A program made the translations under genes and the position numbers. DNA of 64,000 nucleotides from Kiritimatiellia bacterium. GTDB taxonomy: Bacteria > Verrucomicrobiota > Kiritimatiellia > RFP12 > UBA1067. A model generated the notes under the pieces. It searched no databases, had not been told where the DNA came from, and was given only the letters and a program-made list of their open reading frames with translations. How positions within the stretch are numbered: the first letter of the stretch is position 1; each line of letters begins with the position of its first letter. Below, piece by piece: positions 29,532 to 39,876 of this stretch. The stretch is taken from contig JAQIBS010000167.1 in NCBI GenBank assembly GCA_027858965.1, forward strand, positions 31,416-95,415. Reading direction: 5' to 3'.

Positions 29532-32273
29532 ATGAGTCAAAAAAGAGGAGCTCTTTTGAAAACGTTTGTTTCTTTGATTTTTACGTTTTGTTTTGTGACC
29601 TGTATTATGCATTGTGCGATTGGAAGTATGTATTATGTAGACGATTCAAAACCGAATGATTCAGGTGACGGCACAAGCTGGGGCACGGCTAAGAAAACAA
29701 TCCAGGCGGCAGTTGATGTGACAGTGGATGGAGACACCATCCAAGTGACAGATGGAACGTATCCGCTGACCTCAGAGATTCTAGTTGCAACGGATATTGT
29801 AATAGAAAGTATCAATGGTCCCGGTGTTACGGTGGTTGACGGACAGGACGGGGTACGTGTATTTAATCTGGAAGATAGTTTCTGTATGCTTAGTGGTTTT
29901 ATGATCACGAATGGTTATACAACTATTGGTGGTGGAGGAATTTCCTGCGTGAACACAAATCCGGTTATTTCGGATTGTGTGATTTCCGGGTGTTATGGTG
30001 GGTATGGTGGAGGATCTTATTACGGAACGCTGAATAACTGTACAATATCCGGTAATGCCTCCAGTCGCCTAGGTGGCGGATCTTATAGCGGAACGTTGAA
30101 TAACTGTATAATATCAGATAATGCAACAAATAATGACGGAGGGGGCTCTTATGGAGGAGCGCTGAATAACTGCATAATATCCGGTAATACTGCTCATTAC
30201 AAGGGAGGAGGGACTTATGGAGGGTTGCAGAATAATTGTGCTATATTCGGCAATACAGCTGATAGCTATGGAGGAGGATCTTACCAAGGGACGCTGAATA
30301 ATTGTGCTATATTCGGTAATACAGCTAATAGAAATGGTGGCGGATCTTATTACGGAACGCTGAATAACTGCACAATTATTGGAAATACATCTTCGGAAGG
30401 TGGCGGTTCTTGGATCAGCACTCTCAGAAACAGTATTGTCTATTACAACGAGGCAAAATATAGCCCCAACTATTATTCCGGAAATTTTTATAGTTCATGT
30501 ACTACGCCATTGCCTTCCGGTTCAGGTAATTTCGATGATCCACCACAGATTGCAGGAACAAACAACTGGCATCTTCTTTTGGATTCTCCCTGTGTCAACG
30601 CTGGCTCTATGGAGTATTTGAACGGCACTCTCGATTTTTACGGTGAACCTCGTACCAACGGTGTTGTGGATGTGGGGTGTGACGAGCTTTGGGCAGACGG
30701 CCTGACCGGAGATCTGGAGATGGCTATTGACATGCCTTGCGGCACGAATGGAGTAATGGGAATTCCGATTGAATTCAGGGTGATGATTTTTGGTCAGCCA
30801 TCCATGTACTTTCTTGATTTCGATGATGGGACTGCGACAACGAATCTGTGTTTTGTGTCGCATGTATTTACTAATCCCGGTAGTTATACAGTAACTCTCA
30901 CTGCTTCGAATTCAACGGGCATGGTATCGACCGATATTGTGGTTATTGTTGACGATGGTTGTCGTTATGTAAGTACGGATGGGGATGATGCCAACAGTGG
31001 TCTGAGCTGGACAGAGGCCAAAGCGACAATCCAGGCAGGTGTAGATTCTGCAATCAACGGATGTGTGGTATGGGTGGATGATGGCATTTACTCTCTCTCT
31101 TCGCAAGTAACATTAGTAACGGATGGGATTACGGTCAGTTCTGCCAATGGTCCTGAGAAGACTGTCATTGATTGCGGTAGAGTCTGTCGTGGATTCTGTC
31201 TGGAATGTCCGGAAGATTGTTTTTTTGCTATTAGTGGATTTACAATTACAAATGGTTATACAACTTCTGGAGGTGGAGGAGTTTACTGCGTAAATATGAA
31301 TCCGGTTATTTCGGATTGTGTGATATCCGGGTGTTATAGCGGGTATGGAGGAGGAGCTTGTTATGGCACGCTGAATAACTGTACAATATCAGGTAATGTC
31401 TCTGGTGGGAGAGGAGGAGGATCTTGTTACGCAACTCTGAATAACTGTACAATATCCGGTAATACTGCTAATAGCGAAGGAGGAGGATCTTGTAACGGAA
31501 CGCTGAATAACTGTGCAATATCCGGTAATACTGCTAATAGCTATGGTGGCGGATCTTATTACGGAACGCTGAATAACTGTACAATTATTGGGAATAAGTC
31601 TTCGAAAGGTGGCGGTTCTTGTGGAGGTACTCTGAAAAACAGTATCGTATATTACAACATGGCCCCGTCCAATCCGAACTTTTATAATGGTAGTTTCTAT
31701 TATTCCTGCTCAACGCCACTACCCTCCGGTTCCGGTAATTTCAATGCCCCGCCGCAGTTTGAAGGAACAAGCAACTGGCATCTTCTTCCTGGGTCTCCCT
31801 GTGTCGATGCCGGTTCAATGGAGTATCTGCAGGGGGCTCTCGATCTTGATGGTGAACCCCGTGCCAACGGTGTTGCGGACGTGGGGTGTGATGAGTTGTG
31901 GTATAGCTTTGATCATTGGATGGGTATTAATGGATTAACAGGTTTTCCTGAAGATGTTTTTGTTGAGGACCGGAACGATGATGGAATAATCAACGGCTTT
32001 GATTATGTGTTTGGCGACAACTTGTCTTCTGGAGAAAAAATGCTCGATATCGACATGGTTAACAAAATTCCTGTTGTAATAGTTCCTGTACAGGATGCAG
32101 CCACTATTCCTTATGTTGATGTTAATGTTTTAGGAAGTACTAATTTAACAGATTGGAATTTGTCTGTTATTCCAATGCTTGATCCTGTTGGAAAACCAGC
32201 GAACAGAAGTTGGCTCCAGACGGAAGATGAATATGACAAGGCCTTTTTTAAACTGAAAGCCATACTTAAATGA
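29532..32273 (+). CDS. Secreted beta-helix repeat protein with PKD domain and internal duplication
   Basis: Signal peptide; many GGGSYxGTLNNCxIxGN repeats; PKD-like DFDDG..HVFTNPGSYTVTLT; two copies of SPCVxAG..DxxGEPR..VDVGCDE. Confidence 0.8.
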   Translation: MSQKRGALLKTFVSLIFTFCFVTCIMHCAIGSMYYVDDSKPNDSGDGTSWGTAKKTIQAAVDVTVDGDTIQVTDGTYPLTSEILVATDIVIESINGPGVTVVDGQDGVRVFNLEDSFCMLSGFMITNGYTTIGGGGISCVNTNPVISDCVISGCYGGYGGGSYYGTLNNCTISGNASSRLGGGSYSGTLNNCIISDNATNNDGGGSYGGALNNCIISGNTAHYKGGGTYGGLQNNCAIFGNTADSYGGGSYQGTLNNCAIFGNTANRNGGGSYYGTLNNCTIIGNTSSEGGGSWISTLRNSIVYYNEAKYSPNYYSGNFYSSCTTPLPSGSGNFDDPPQIAGTNNWHLLLDSPCVNAGSMEYLNGTLDFYGEPRTNGVVDVGCDELWADGLTGDLEMAIDMPCGTNGVMGIPIEFRVMIFGQPSMYFLDFDDGTATTNLCFVSHVFTNPGSYTVTLTASNSTGMVSTDIVVIVDDGCRYVSTDGDDANSGLSWTEAKATIQAGVDSAINGCVVWVDDGIYSLSSQVTLVTDGITVSSANGPEKTVIDCGRVCRGFCLECPEDCFFAISGFTITNGYTTSGGGGVYCVNMNPVISDCVISGCYSGYGGGACYGTLNNCTISGNVSGGRGGGSCYATLNNCTISGNTANSEGGGSCNGTLNNCAISGNTANSYGGGSYYGTLNNCTIIGNKSSKGGGSCGGTLKNSIVYYNMAPSNPNFYNGSFYYSCSTPLPSGSGNFNAPPQFEGTSNWHLLPGSPCVDAGSMEYLQGALDLDGEPRANGVADVGCDELWYSFDHWMGINGLTGFPEDVFVEDRNDDGIINGFDYVFGDNLSSGEKMLDIDMVNKIPVVIVPVQDAATIPYVDVNVLGSTNLTDWNLSVIPMLDPVGKPANRSWLQTEDEYDKAFFKLKAILK

Positions 32274-32343
32274 CGTACACATTTGATTAGCAGGCATGAT
32301 CACTTAGTGACTATTTTAAGCGGGCATCAGGGGCTTGCTTGCC

Positions 32344-33321
32344 TTAGGATGCGAAAGGATCATCATGCCAGACGAATGGTTCGTGCGGAAGCAGACTCAT
32401 ATCAAAGCGCAGGAGCAGGTCAGAGAGAGAGAGCTCTTCATTTTCTTCAGCCCAGCCACAGGAGGCGGCCAGGGCTCCGATAATTTTTTCAGGAGAGACA
32501 CCTGCCTCCCGGAAGAAAGAGACCCGCGTATCGCCATGGCGTTTAGCCAGCCTGCGTCCATCAGGCCCTACCACCAGCGGAAGATGAATGTACTCAGGCA
32601 ATTCAAGACCCAGCGCTCGGTAAATCAGTATCTGACGCGGTGTGGCACTCAACAAATCATCACCGCGCACAATCTGATTGATGCCCATAAGCGCGTCATC
32701 CACTACCACCGCCAGCATATAGCCGGCACCGAATTCATGACGAGCCAGCACAAAATCACCGCTCACATCTGATGGAATCTGAGAATACTTACCACAAAAG
32801 CTATCGATAAAACTTATACTCTCCCCCTCTGGAACTTTAAAACGCCAAGCAGGAATGCGTCCATCAGGCAATACTGCCTGCGCACTTGCAAAATCCAGAT
32901 ATTTTGTTCGACAGGTTCCACTGTAAAGCAGACACTCATCGCTATGCGGAGCAGATAGCCCCGCCTCAACATCCTTGCGGGAACAGGTGCAGGGATAAAT
33001 CAGATTTTGCGCTTTCAGCTTTTCCAGGGCCTCGGCATAGAGCTCAATTCTGCGACTCTGAATATACTCTTCATCATTGCCTCCAGAACCATAACCCTCA
33101 TCCCAGTCAAAACCGAGCCAACGCAGATCATCGATCATTCCAACAACCGCACCCGGCTTATTTTTGGGATGATCCAGATCCTCAATGCGCATCACCAGCT
33201 CCCCGCCCCGGCTGCGTGCCAGCAGACAGGTAATCATAAAGGTGCGGATGTTGCCAAGATGGAGCGCCCCAGTGGGACTGGGCGCAAGTCGTCCTCGTAG
33301 TTTCAGTGGAGTATTTTTCAT
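32344..33321 (-). CDS. gluQ: Glutamyl-queuosine tRNA(Asp) synthetase
   Basis: RLAPSPTGALHLGN, RIEDLD, CTCSR, RGDDL, RLAKR; no anticodon-binding domain. Confidence 0.88.
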   Translation of the reverse strand: MKNTPLKLRGRLAPSPTGALHLGNIRTFMITCLLARSRGGELVMRIEDLDHPKNKPGAVVGMIDDLRWLGFDWDEGYGSGGNDEEYIQSRRIELYAEALEKLKAQNLIYPCTCSRKDVEAGLSAPHSDECLLYSGTCRTKYLDFASAQAVLPDGRIPAWRFKVPEGESISFIDSFCGKYSQIPSDVSGDFVLARHEFGAGYMLAVVVDDALMGINQIVRGDDLLSATPRQILIYRALGLELPEYIHLPLVVGPDGRRLAKRHGDTRVSFFREAGVSPEKIIGALAASCGWAEENEELSLSDLLLRFDMSLLPHEPFVWHDDPFAS

Positions 33322-33360
33322 AAATTAAACATAATTTAATTTCGCCAATATGTTTATCCG

Positions 33361-33410
33361 ATAAACATATTTTTTTTAAGTGTCGATAAAACAGAAAAAT
33401 ATCGACATAT
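33361..33410. repeat. Palindromic direct-repeat copy downstream of Fic gene
   Basis: gtgtcgataaaacagaaaaatatcgacat; 40/50 identical by manual alignment to 34621-34670. Confidence 0.8.
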
Positions 33411-33441
33411 GTCAAAAACTCATTTATTGCAAAAAAAGCCA

Positions 33442-34527
33442 TTACTCAGATAGAATCTCAAGCAAAGCCGGATTCTTATAAACTTTGTCTCGTCCTACTT
33501 TCTCACCCTCAAGCACTCCTATCTGTTCAAGTTTTTGCAGATAGGAAGATGCTGCCTGACGCTTTGCTAAACCGGCCTCAACAACAAAATTTATCTTGCA
33601 GTAGGGCTGACGAAAGATCAAATCAATCAACTCGCGGGAATAAACTTTAGGAATATCATTACGACACTTTTCTATTGTTTCCCGTTGCAGATCTTCTATT
33701 GCACGAATACGATTACAAGTCCATAGTGCGGTTTTCTCTACCCCCTCAAGCATGTAAAGCAACCAGGGCTCCCAGTCGCCATATTCCGTGACACCTCTTA
33801 GAAGCCGGTAATAAGCTGACTTATTCTTGATGATGAAACGGCTCAGATACAAAACAGGAATATCCAGCAAACCGGAGTGAACCAGCTGCAAAATATTGAG
33901 GATTCGCCCTGTACGGCCATTACCATCTAAAAATGGATGAATGGCTTCAAACTGATAGTGAGTAATGGCCATCTTCACTAGAGGATCAATACCATTCTTA
34001 GTCTGCATAAATTTTTCAAGATTGCGCAACTTTGTTTGCAACTTCTGCCCACCTGACGGCGGTGTATATATCACATTTCGGCTAAAAGCATTACCAATTA
34101 CCACTTTCTCGTTTTTTGACCGGAAATCAAGCTCCGGCACTCCCCTTAAAATGCGACAAATATTGAGAATTAGATCAACCGACAAGGATTGCTTCTGAAT
34201 TATATCACAACCGGCTTTAAGAGCAGTCCTGTAACGGAACACCTCCTTTGTTGCCGGATCAGAGATCCCTGATTCATCGAGAGCGGCACGAAACAACTCA
34301 TCTTGAGTTGTAACAATATTTTCAATCTCAGAGCTAAACTGAGCTTCCTGTAACGGAATTGAGTTTATTAGGATTGACTGATCAGGAATCAAACTCCCAA
34401 CACCCTTCAATTCAGCCAGCGCCCGGGTTGCAGCCAAGCACTGCTTTAACACAACCTTTGACTCAACATCCATTGAAGGGGGAAGTATAGGAAGATTGTC
34501 ATACGGAACATCAGGTTTAAACTCCAT
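33442..34527 (-). CDS. Fic-family protein adenylyltransferase with C-terminal HTH (SoFic-like)
   Basis: Fic motif HPFLDGNGRTGR; inhibitory SSEIEN; probable start MEFKP at 34527 after AGAGGTGA. Confidence 0.93.
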   Translation of the reverse strand: MEFKPDVPYDNLPILPPSMDVESKVVLKQCLAATRALAELKGVGSLIPDQSILINSIPLQEAQFSSEIENIVTTQDELFRAALDESGISDPATKEVFRYRTALKAGCDIIQKQSLSVDLILNICRILRGVPELDFRSKNEKVVIGNAFSRNVIYTPPSGGQKLQTKLRNLEKFMQTKNGIDPLVKMAITHYQFEAIHPFLDGNGRTGRILNILQLVHSGLLDIPVLYLSRFIIKNKSAYYRLLRGVTEYGDWEPWLLYMLEGVEKTALWTCNRIRAIEDLQRETIEKCRNDIPKVYSRELIDLIFRQPYCKINFVVEAGLAKRQAASSYLQKLEQIGVLEGEKVGRDKVYKNPALLEILSE

Positions 34528-34620
34528 TTTATCACCTCTTATTACTGCACTCTTCACCCGGCGACGAATGTTTTTTGACTCGGACTGAAATCTGTATTAT
34601 ACACCCACAAACTATCGACG

Positions 34621-34670
34621 CAAAACATATTTGTCAGACGTGTCGAAAAAACAGAGAAATATCGACGTAT
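34621..34670. repeat. Palindromic direct-repeat copy upstream of Fic gene
   Basis: gtgtcgaaaaaacagagaaatatcgacgt. Confidence 0.8.
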
Positions 34671-34781
34671 TTCTATTCGTAGAACTTCAAATGTTTATGC
34701 ACAAGCTACCCGCAAATGTGATATTATTCTGCCAATAATTGTCCAAGCCCTAGTAAACTAACTTTATTGTAGGTGAGAGAA

Positions 34782-36155
34782 ATGAAAAGACGTGATTTTT
34801 TAGCACTTAGCGGTGTGGTCGCTGTTTCCCCGACATTGATCAAAAGCAGCACTGGCACCGCCTTGACGGCTACAGGAGCAACCGTGCGTGAACCGGCAAA
34901 AGATCTTCCAATTAAAGGCAGCTATGATGTTGTAGTGAGTGGCGGCGGTCCCGCTGGCGCAATGGCTGCTATTGCAGCGGGTCGCAAAGGAGCCAAAACC
35001 CTGTTGATTGAACAACACGGATGTCTGGGCGGAATATGGACATCAGGGCTGCTGGCATACATTCTCGATTATCAGAACAAAGCAGGGCTGATGAAAGAGT
35101 TCATAACCACCCTTAGAGAACGCAATGCCCATGTTAAGAATGACAAAGGAGGCTACACCTCTGTCTGCGACATTGAAGCTTGTAAAATACTACTTGAAGA
35201 GATGTGTGCCGAAGCCGGGGTGGAAATTGCCTATCATACCCGCACAACTGCAACTCTCAAATCCGGACGTAAAATCTCACATATCCTGACAGAATCAAAG
35301 TCAGGACGTGAAGCTGTGACAGCCTCCAACTTTATCGACACCACTGGTGATGGAGATCTTGGTTTTTATGCAGGTTGCAACTATGATTTCGGTCATCCTG
35401 AATCCAAGCTGACCCAACCGATGAGCCTGATCTGCCTGGTGGCGGGTATAAACGCCAAAGATGTGCAGGACTTCTACCGTGATGGCAGCAGAGGTTTATC
35501 CTGGAGCTTACCAAAAAGTAATCTCCGAAAGGCAATGGAGGCAGGCGGAGTATCCCCCTCCTATGGCAGTCCCAGTCTCTTCCGTATGCGTGATGATCTT
35601 TTTCTTCTGATGTCCAACCATGAATATAAGGTTATGGGAACGAAAGCCGAGGATGTGACCACCGCAACTCTGCGAGCCCGCAAGGAACTCAATGCTCAGA
35701 TCAATGCACTGAGAAGTACCGGCGGGGTCTGGGAAAACATTATGCTGGTGGCCACAGCCGAGCAGATAGGTGTGCGCGAAGGCCGCCGGCTCAAAGGGCT
35801 CTACACTGTCAGCGATGATGATATCAGAACTGGCAGAAGATTTGAAGATGGCATATGTCCGGTGACATTCGGCATTGATGTACACTCACTTGATCCGGAT
35901 AAAACCAAAAGTATTGAAGGAAAGAAGTGGCACTCCAAACCGTATGACATTCCGATGCGTTCTCTGATTGCAGCCGATGTTGACAATCTGCTCTTTGCAG
36001 GTCGCTGTATCAGCGGCGGATTCCTGCCACATTCAAGCTATCGTGTCACCGGAAATGCCGCAGCCATGGGTGAAGCCGCCGGAAAAGCAGCGGCAATTGC
36101 GGCAGCCAAAGGGATTGCACCCGCGAAAGTGCCATTTAAAGAAGTTAAAGGATAA
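34782..36155 (+). CDS. Tat-exported FAD-dependent oxidoreductase
   Basis: MKRRDFL Tat motif; GGGPAG, IDTTGDGD, REGRR, AGRCIS. Confidence 0.88.
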   Translation: MKRRDFLALSGVVAVSPTLIKSSTGTALTATGATVREPAKDLPIKGSYDVVVSGGGPAGAMAAIAAGRKGAKTLLIEQHGCLGGIWTSGLLAYILDYQNKAGLMKEFITTLRERNAHVKNDKGGYTSVCDIEACKILLEEMCAEAGVEIAYHTRTTATLKSGRKISHILTESKSGREAVTASNFIDTTGDGDLGFYAGCNYDFGHPESKLTQPMSLICLVAGINAKDVQDFYRDGSRGLSWSLPKSNLRKAMEAGGVSPSYGSPSLFRMRDDLFLLMSNHEYKVMGTKAEDVTTATLRARKELNAQINALRSTGGVWENIMLVATAEQIGVREGRRLKGLYTVSDDDIRTGRRFEDGICPVTFGIDVHSLDPDKTKSIEGKKWHSKPYDIPMRSLIAADVDNLLFAGRCISGGFLPHSSYRVTGNAAAMGEAAGKAAAIAAAKGIAPAKVPFKEVKG

Positions 36156-36232
36156 GTTTATTGCACCATGCAAGGGTACCCGGCCTACAATGGAGCCCAA
36201 AGCTTTGATTTCAAGGTTTTTGATTATCAACA

Positions 36233-36282
36233 TTCAGAACTTTAGAACTCGCGCACTTTAGAACTTTAGAACTTTAGAACTT
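36233..36282. repeat. TTAGAACT octamer tandem repeat before MFS start
   Basis: Reverse complement of the 27404 family, ending 6 nt before ATG. Confidence 0.8.
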
Positions 36283-36288
36283 CCCCAT

Positions 36289-37467
36289 ATGACTATCAAA
36301 AACCAACAATGGAAACAACTTGCGGCACTGACCTTTGCGCATGCCGTGGCCGACACCTACGTGGGCATAATTGCGCCAGTGCTGGTGCCAATGCAGGAAC
36401 ACTACAAGGTCTCCTTGTCGCTGTTAGTTATTGTAGCATCGATGATGGGATTCTGCTCGAATGTTTTCCAGGTGCCTATCGGTCATGTCAGGGCAACCTG
36501 GAAAACTCCGGTCTTTATTGCCATGGGCGTTATGCTGGCAGGCACATCGGTATTTATTCCGAATCTGCCGGCCATGGGCAACCTCTCTCTCATATGCATG
36601 GTTGCCATAGCAGCAGTTGCCGGATTTGGTGTTGCAACAGTTCATCCGGAGGGATTAAGGGCGGTGCATGGTCTGGACAAACTGCCGCCATCTCTGGCAA
36701 CAGCGATCTTTATGGTCACAGGATTCTGCGGTTTTGCCAGCGGCGCCTATCTTTCATCATCGCTGACGCAGCACTTCGGGCTGAACAGTATTATGTGGCT
36801 ATATCTGGCAGCACCCGTCTCAATTATTCCCCTGCTACTATGCAAAGTCAAACTGCATGTAGACACACGAAAAGCCGATGACAAACCGGAGACCAGTGAT
36901 GAAATTCCCTCAGTCCCCTTCGTGCCTATCTTCATAATGGCCACAGTACTGGCGACATGTTCCTTTATGCAGGCAACTCTCCTGCCGACATTCCTGCATA
37001 AAGAGGCGGGATATGAGCTCTCTTTCAGCGGACTTTCCTTCACCCTCTTCGGAGTGGGCGGAGTTGTCGGAGCCATCACATGGGGAGCATTGGCACCACG
37101 CATAGGGCATCTGAAGGTTTTAATCATAGGAACCCTGCTGGGCGCACCACTCACAGCACTCTACCTATGGCTGGCGCCACAGAGCAAGTGGGCAGCCATT
37201 CTGCTTATTTTTACCGCATTTATTGTCTACACCGGCTTTCCGCTCTGCGTCACGCTGGCGCGATATGCCAAATCATCACTTCATTTCAGTCAGCGTATAG
37301 GATTAATCAGCGGTGGCACATGGGGAACAGCGGCAGTAGTTATCTGGATATTGAGTCCGATCACAGAGCACACAGGTTTCGGCCCCCTGTTGCATCTGGT
37401 CTGGATCGGGTATCTGATCGCCTGTGGCATTGCGATATATATTTTAAGAAAGATGAAACAGCAATAA
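36289..37467 (+). CDS. MFS transporter (Fsr-like)
   Basis: AHAVAD, HPEG, about 12 TM segments. Confidence 0.82.
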   Translation: MTIKNQQWKQLAALTFAHAVADTYVGIIAPVLVPMQEHYKVSLSLLVIVASMMGFCSNVFQVPIGHVRATWKTPVFIAMGVMLAGTSVFIPNLPAMGNLSLICMVAIAAVAGFGVATVHPEGLRAVHGLDKLPPSLATAIFMVTGFCGFASGAYLSSSLTQHFGLNSIMWLYLAAPVSIIPLLLCKVKLHVDTRKADDKPETSDEIPSVPFVPIFIMATVLATCSFMQATLLPTFLHKEAGYELSFSGLSFTLFGVGGVVGAITWGALAPRIGHLKVLIIGTLLGAPLTALYLWLAPQSKWAAILLIFTAFIVYTGFPLCVTLARYAKSSLHFSQRIGLISGGTWGTAAVVIWILSPITEHTGFGPLLHLVWIGYLIACGIAIYILRKMKQQ

Positions 37468-37489
37468 AATTGATCACGAATCTTTTTTA

Positions 37490-37591
37490 CTTCGCTGTTA
37501 ATTTTATCCACAACCAGCCGTCGCCTCCGGCTATGGCGGTCACAGAAGAGCGCATAGAACTCAAAGAAAGAGTAGGCTTTTTCAGTGCTTC
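37490..37591. repeat. Left copy of direct repeat flanking the 37810 gene, with a hairpin insertion
   Basis: cttcgctgttaatt(t)tatccacaa..catagaac.caaagaaagag..gctttt..agtgcttc also at 39981-40046. Confidence 0.8.
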
Positions 37592-37809
37592 GCTGGATTA
37601 AACTCCACCTTCCTATTTATCGCTACCCTTTCGCGTGATTGCTGAAATTAATGATCAAATTTTCTGAAGTTTCAAAAATTACAACTTTACGGTTGACTTA
37701 TTTTTCATATCCTGTTAAGTGTTAACAAAGTTGAAAGTGTTTCCGGTAATCCCTGCGAGTTATCAGCGTGGTGTATAGTTTATAATAAAACATTAAATAG
37801 GAGTATGAA

Positions 37810-39729
37810 ATGAGTAAAGTAATCAGCAGATTATTAAGTGTTGCATTAATTGTGGCATTAACTTTTGTTTTATCATCAGAAGTTCAGGCGGCAGAACTTT
37901 TCTATAAAATTCCAGTCGGTACAACTAGCAGCTGGTTTACCGTGGAAAATTGGAACACAGCGTACAATGGCACTGGCGACAATTATCTTCCCGCACCTAC
38001 TAATGATACAACTCTTAGTGGAGGTGTATGTGTTATTGATGGTGGATCAAACGCTGAGGTAACCAGAGTAAGTAATATGGCTCGTTGGATGGGTGGCACA
38101 GGATTTACATTGGATATTGAATCAGGAGCAACTTTATCTATCAGTAATTATCTTGTCCTTGGCAACGAATTTGTGGATGCGACAATGAATGTCAGGGGAC
38201 AGCTTAATGTAATAAATGCACCAAACAATGGTTTTTCACTTGGAGGTTACAGGGCTGGATTAACAAACAATATTGGCCTTCTTAATATTGATGGTGGAAC
38301 TGTGATATATGGAACTGGTGAGGGCACATCGCCAATTATTTTGGGCGGGGCATCAACTGGTCGTGTGGAAATCACCAATGGCGGGATATTTATTAATAAT
38401 AATTCATGTAATATTGGACCTGGTGCTGATTCTCAATCAGATGGCACTGTGATCATCCAGGATGGTTCATGGACTAATTTCGGTGGTATATCTGTAGGTA
38501 ACAATGGTGGAACTGGCAGGATTATTGTAAATGGTGGCGGCGTATATTCTATGAGTATCGGAGGTCCTATGTCAGTTGGAAACGGCGGTGCAACTGGATA
38601 TTTCGAAATAAATGGCGGAGAGTTTATTGGGCGGCATGGATACAATGATATAGCTTCCAGTGCAAATCGCTCTTTGATTACTGTGGGTTCAGGAACCGGG
38701 AGTACAGGTAAATTCATTCAGAATGGCGGTGTTGTTGAAGCTGTTGGACTGTCTTTAGGAAATGGTGGTTCAGCACATGCAATCATCAGCAATGGCCTTT
38801 TCAAGGCAATGTCCAACAATGGTTCATGGCCATGTTTTTTTATATATGATGATGCTACATTGACTATTGCCGGTGGAGAATTCTCCTGCTATACGAATGG
38901 AGCAGCAAGCACTATCAGAGACGGCGGAACATTAGAATTTATCTCCGGTAAATTTACGGCTCGTTACGCCGGTGCAACACTGTACACCTATTCTAATACA
39001 ACTATCAGAGTTATTGGTCCCAAATGTGATATTGATGTTGGCTGGTGGCGACACACTTCTCCATATGATGGCAAGGGAGCGGCAAGTTCTACTTTGGAAC
39101 TTATTTTGACTCAGGATGCAGGTCATTTGAGTACATTTAAGTCTCCACGTACGGATCAAGATACGGCACTGGCAGGAACAATGGATGTTGCGTTTGATGG
39201 GGGGGCATGTCTGTTAGCAACTAACAAGCTGATTTGTATGAGAGCCGGCAGGTATCTTTCAACAACTTTTGTAGATCCTTCTAATTACGGATTAGAGCTT
39301 TGGGATACCGGCCGAACAGGAACATATGGTAATGATGAACTTTATATTACTCTCAAGGATGGTGCTTCTCTTGGAAGTGTTTCTATACCGAATGCAAAGT
39401 ATGCCAGTTTTGCACCGCAGGCTTACGGATATGTAGATGTTGAAAATCTTGATTTAGGCACACTACCTGAATTAACCGTTGAGATGACAATGACCGCTGG
39501 CGATAAGACTCTTGATCAGGTTGTGACAGATCTTCAGAGAGCGGGATACACTAACTCGGTTATGAAAGATGCAGAGACCATTGTAATGATAGTGCCAGCA
39601 GATAAGATTGTATCTACTACTGGATATTTCGCATGGGATTTCCGCGAATTTGATGGTTCGGTAAATGCAACAGTTAGCGCTGTTTCATTTCAGCCTGGTT
39701 TAAAAGGTACAATTTTATTGATTCAGTAG
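37810..39729 (+). CDS. Secreted Gly/Asn-rich beta-solenoid (passenger-like) protein with no barrel domain
   Basis: AGGAG RBS, signal peptide ending VQA; repeated VGxxGxxGxxxIxGG units; ends KGTILLIQ; visibly AT-richer than neighbours. Confidence 0.78.
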   Translation: MSKVISRLLSVALIVALTFVLSSEVQAAELFYKIPVGTTSSWFTVENWNTAYNGTGDNYLPAPTNDTTLSGGVCVIDGGSNAEVTRVSNMARWMGGTGFTLDIESGATLSISNYLVLGNEFVDATMNVRGQLNVINAPNNGFSLGGYRAGLTNNIGLLNIDGGTVIYGTGEGTSPIILGGASTGRVEITNGGIFINNNSCNIGPGADSQSDGTVIIQDGSWTNFGGISVGNNGGTGRIIVNGGGVYSMSIGGPMSVGNGGATGYFEINGGEFIGRHGYNDIASSANRSLITVGSGTGSTGKFIQNGGVVEAVGLSLGNGGSAHAIISNGLFKAMSNNGSWPCFFIYDDATLTIAGGEFSCYTNGAASTIRDGGTLEFISGKFTARYAGATLYTYSNTTIRVIGPKCDIDVGWWRHTSPYDGKGAASSTLELILTQDAGHLSTFKSPRTDQDTALAGTMDVAFDGGACLLATNKLICMRAGRYLSTTFVDPSNYGLELWDTGRTGTYGNDELYITLKDGASLGSVSIPNAKYASFAPQAYGYVDVENLDLGTLPELTVEMTMTAGDKTLDQVVTDLQRAGYTNSVMKDAETIVMIVPADKIVSTTGYFAWDFREFDGSVNATVSAVSFQPGLKGTILLIQ

Positions 39730-39740
39730 TTACGAATTAA

Positions 39741-39864
39741 GTAACTTCTCAATAATCGGTCAGAGAACTAATACACCCTAAAGGGTGAACAACAAACGGG
39801 GATTGGTACACCTGTTTGTTGTCCAGGCTTTAGCCTGTCTCAAAGCGGGTTATTGAGAAGTTAC
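39741..39864. mobile_element. 124-bp MITE
   Basis: Perfect 15-bp terminal inverted repeats gtaacttctcaataa / ttattgagaagttac; 8-bp target duplication cgaattaa at 39733-39740 and 39865-39872. Confidence 0.85.
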
Positions 39865-39876
39865 CGAATTAAGACT

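Noticed and set aside
29990-31660. Regular repeats with variable intervals suggesting a CRISPR array or DGR
   Set aside because: In-frame protein repeats within one ORF; no cas or reverse transcriptase; differences not adenine-specific
33324-33351. attaaacataa resembling a XerD arm
   Set aside because: The partner arm (ttcgccaatat) does not fit XerC, and the site overlaps an AT-rich translation-initiation region
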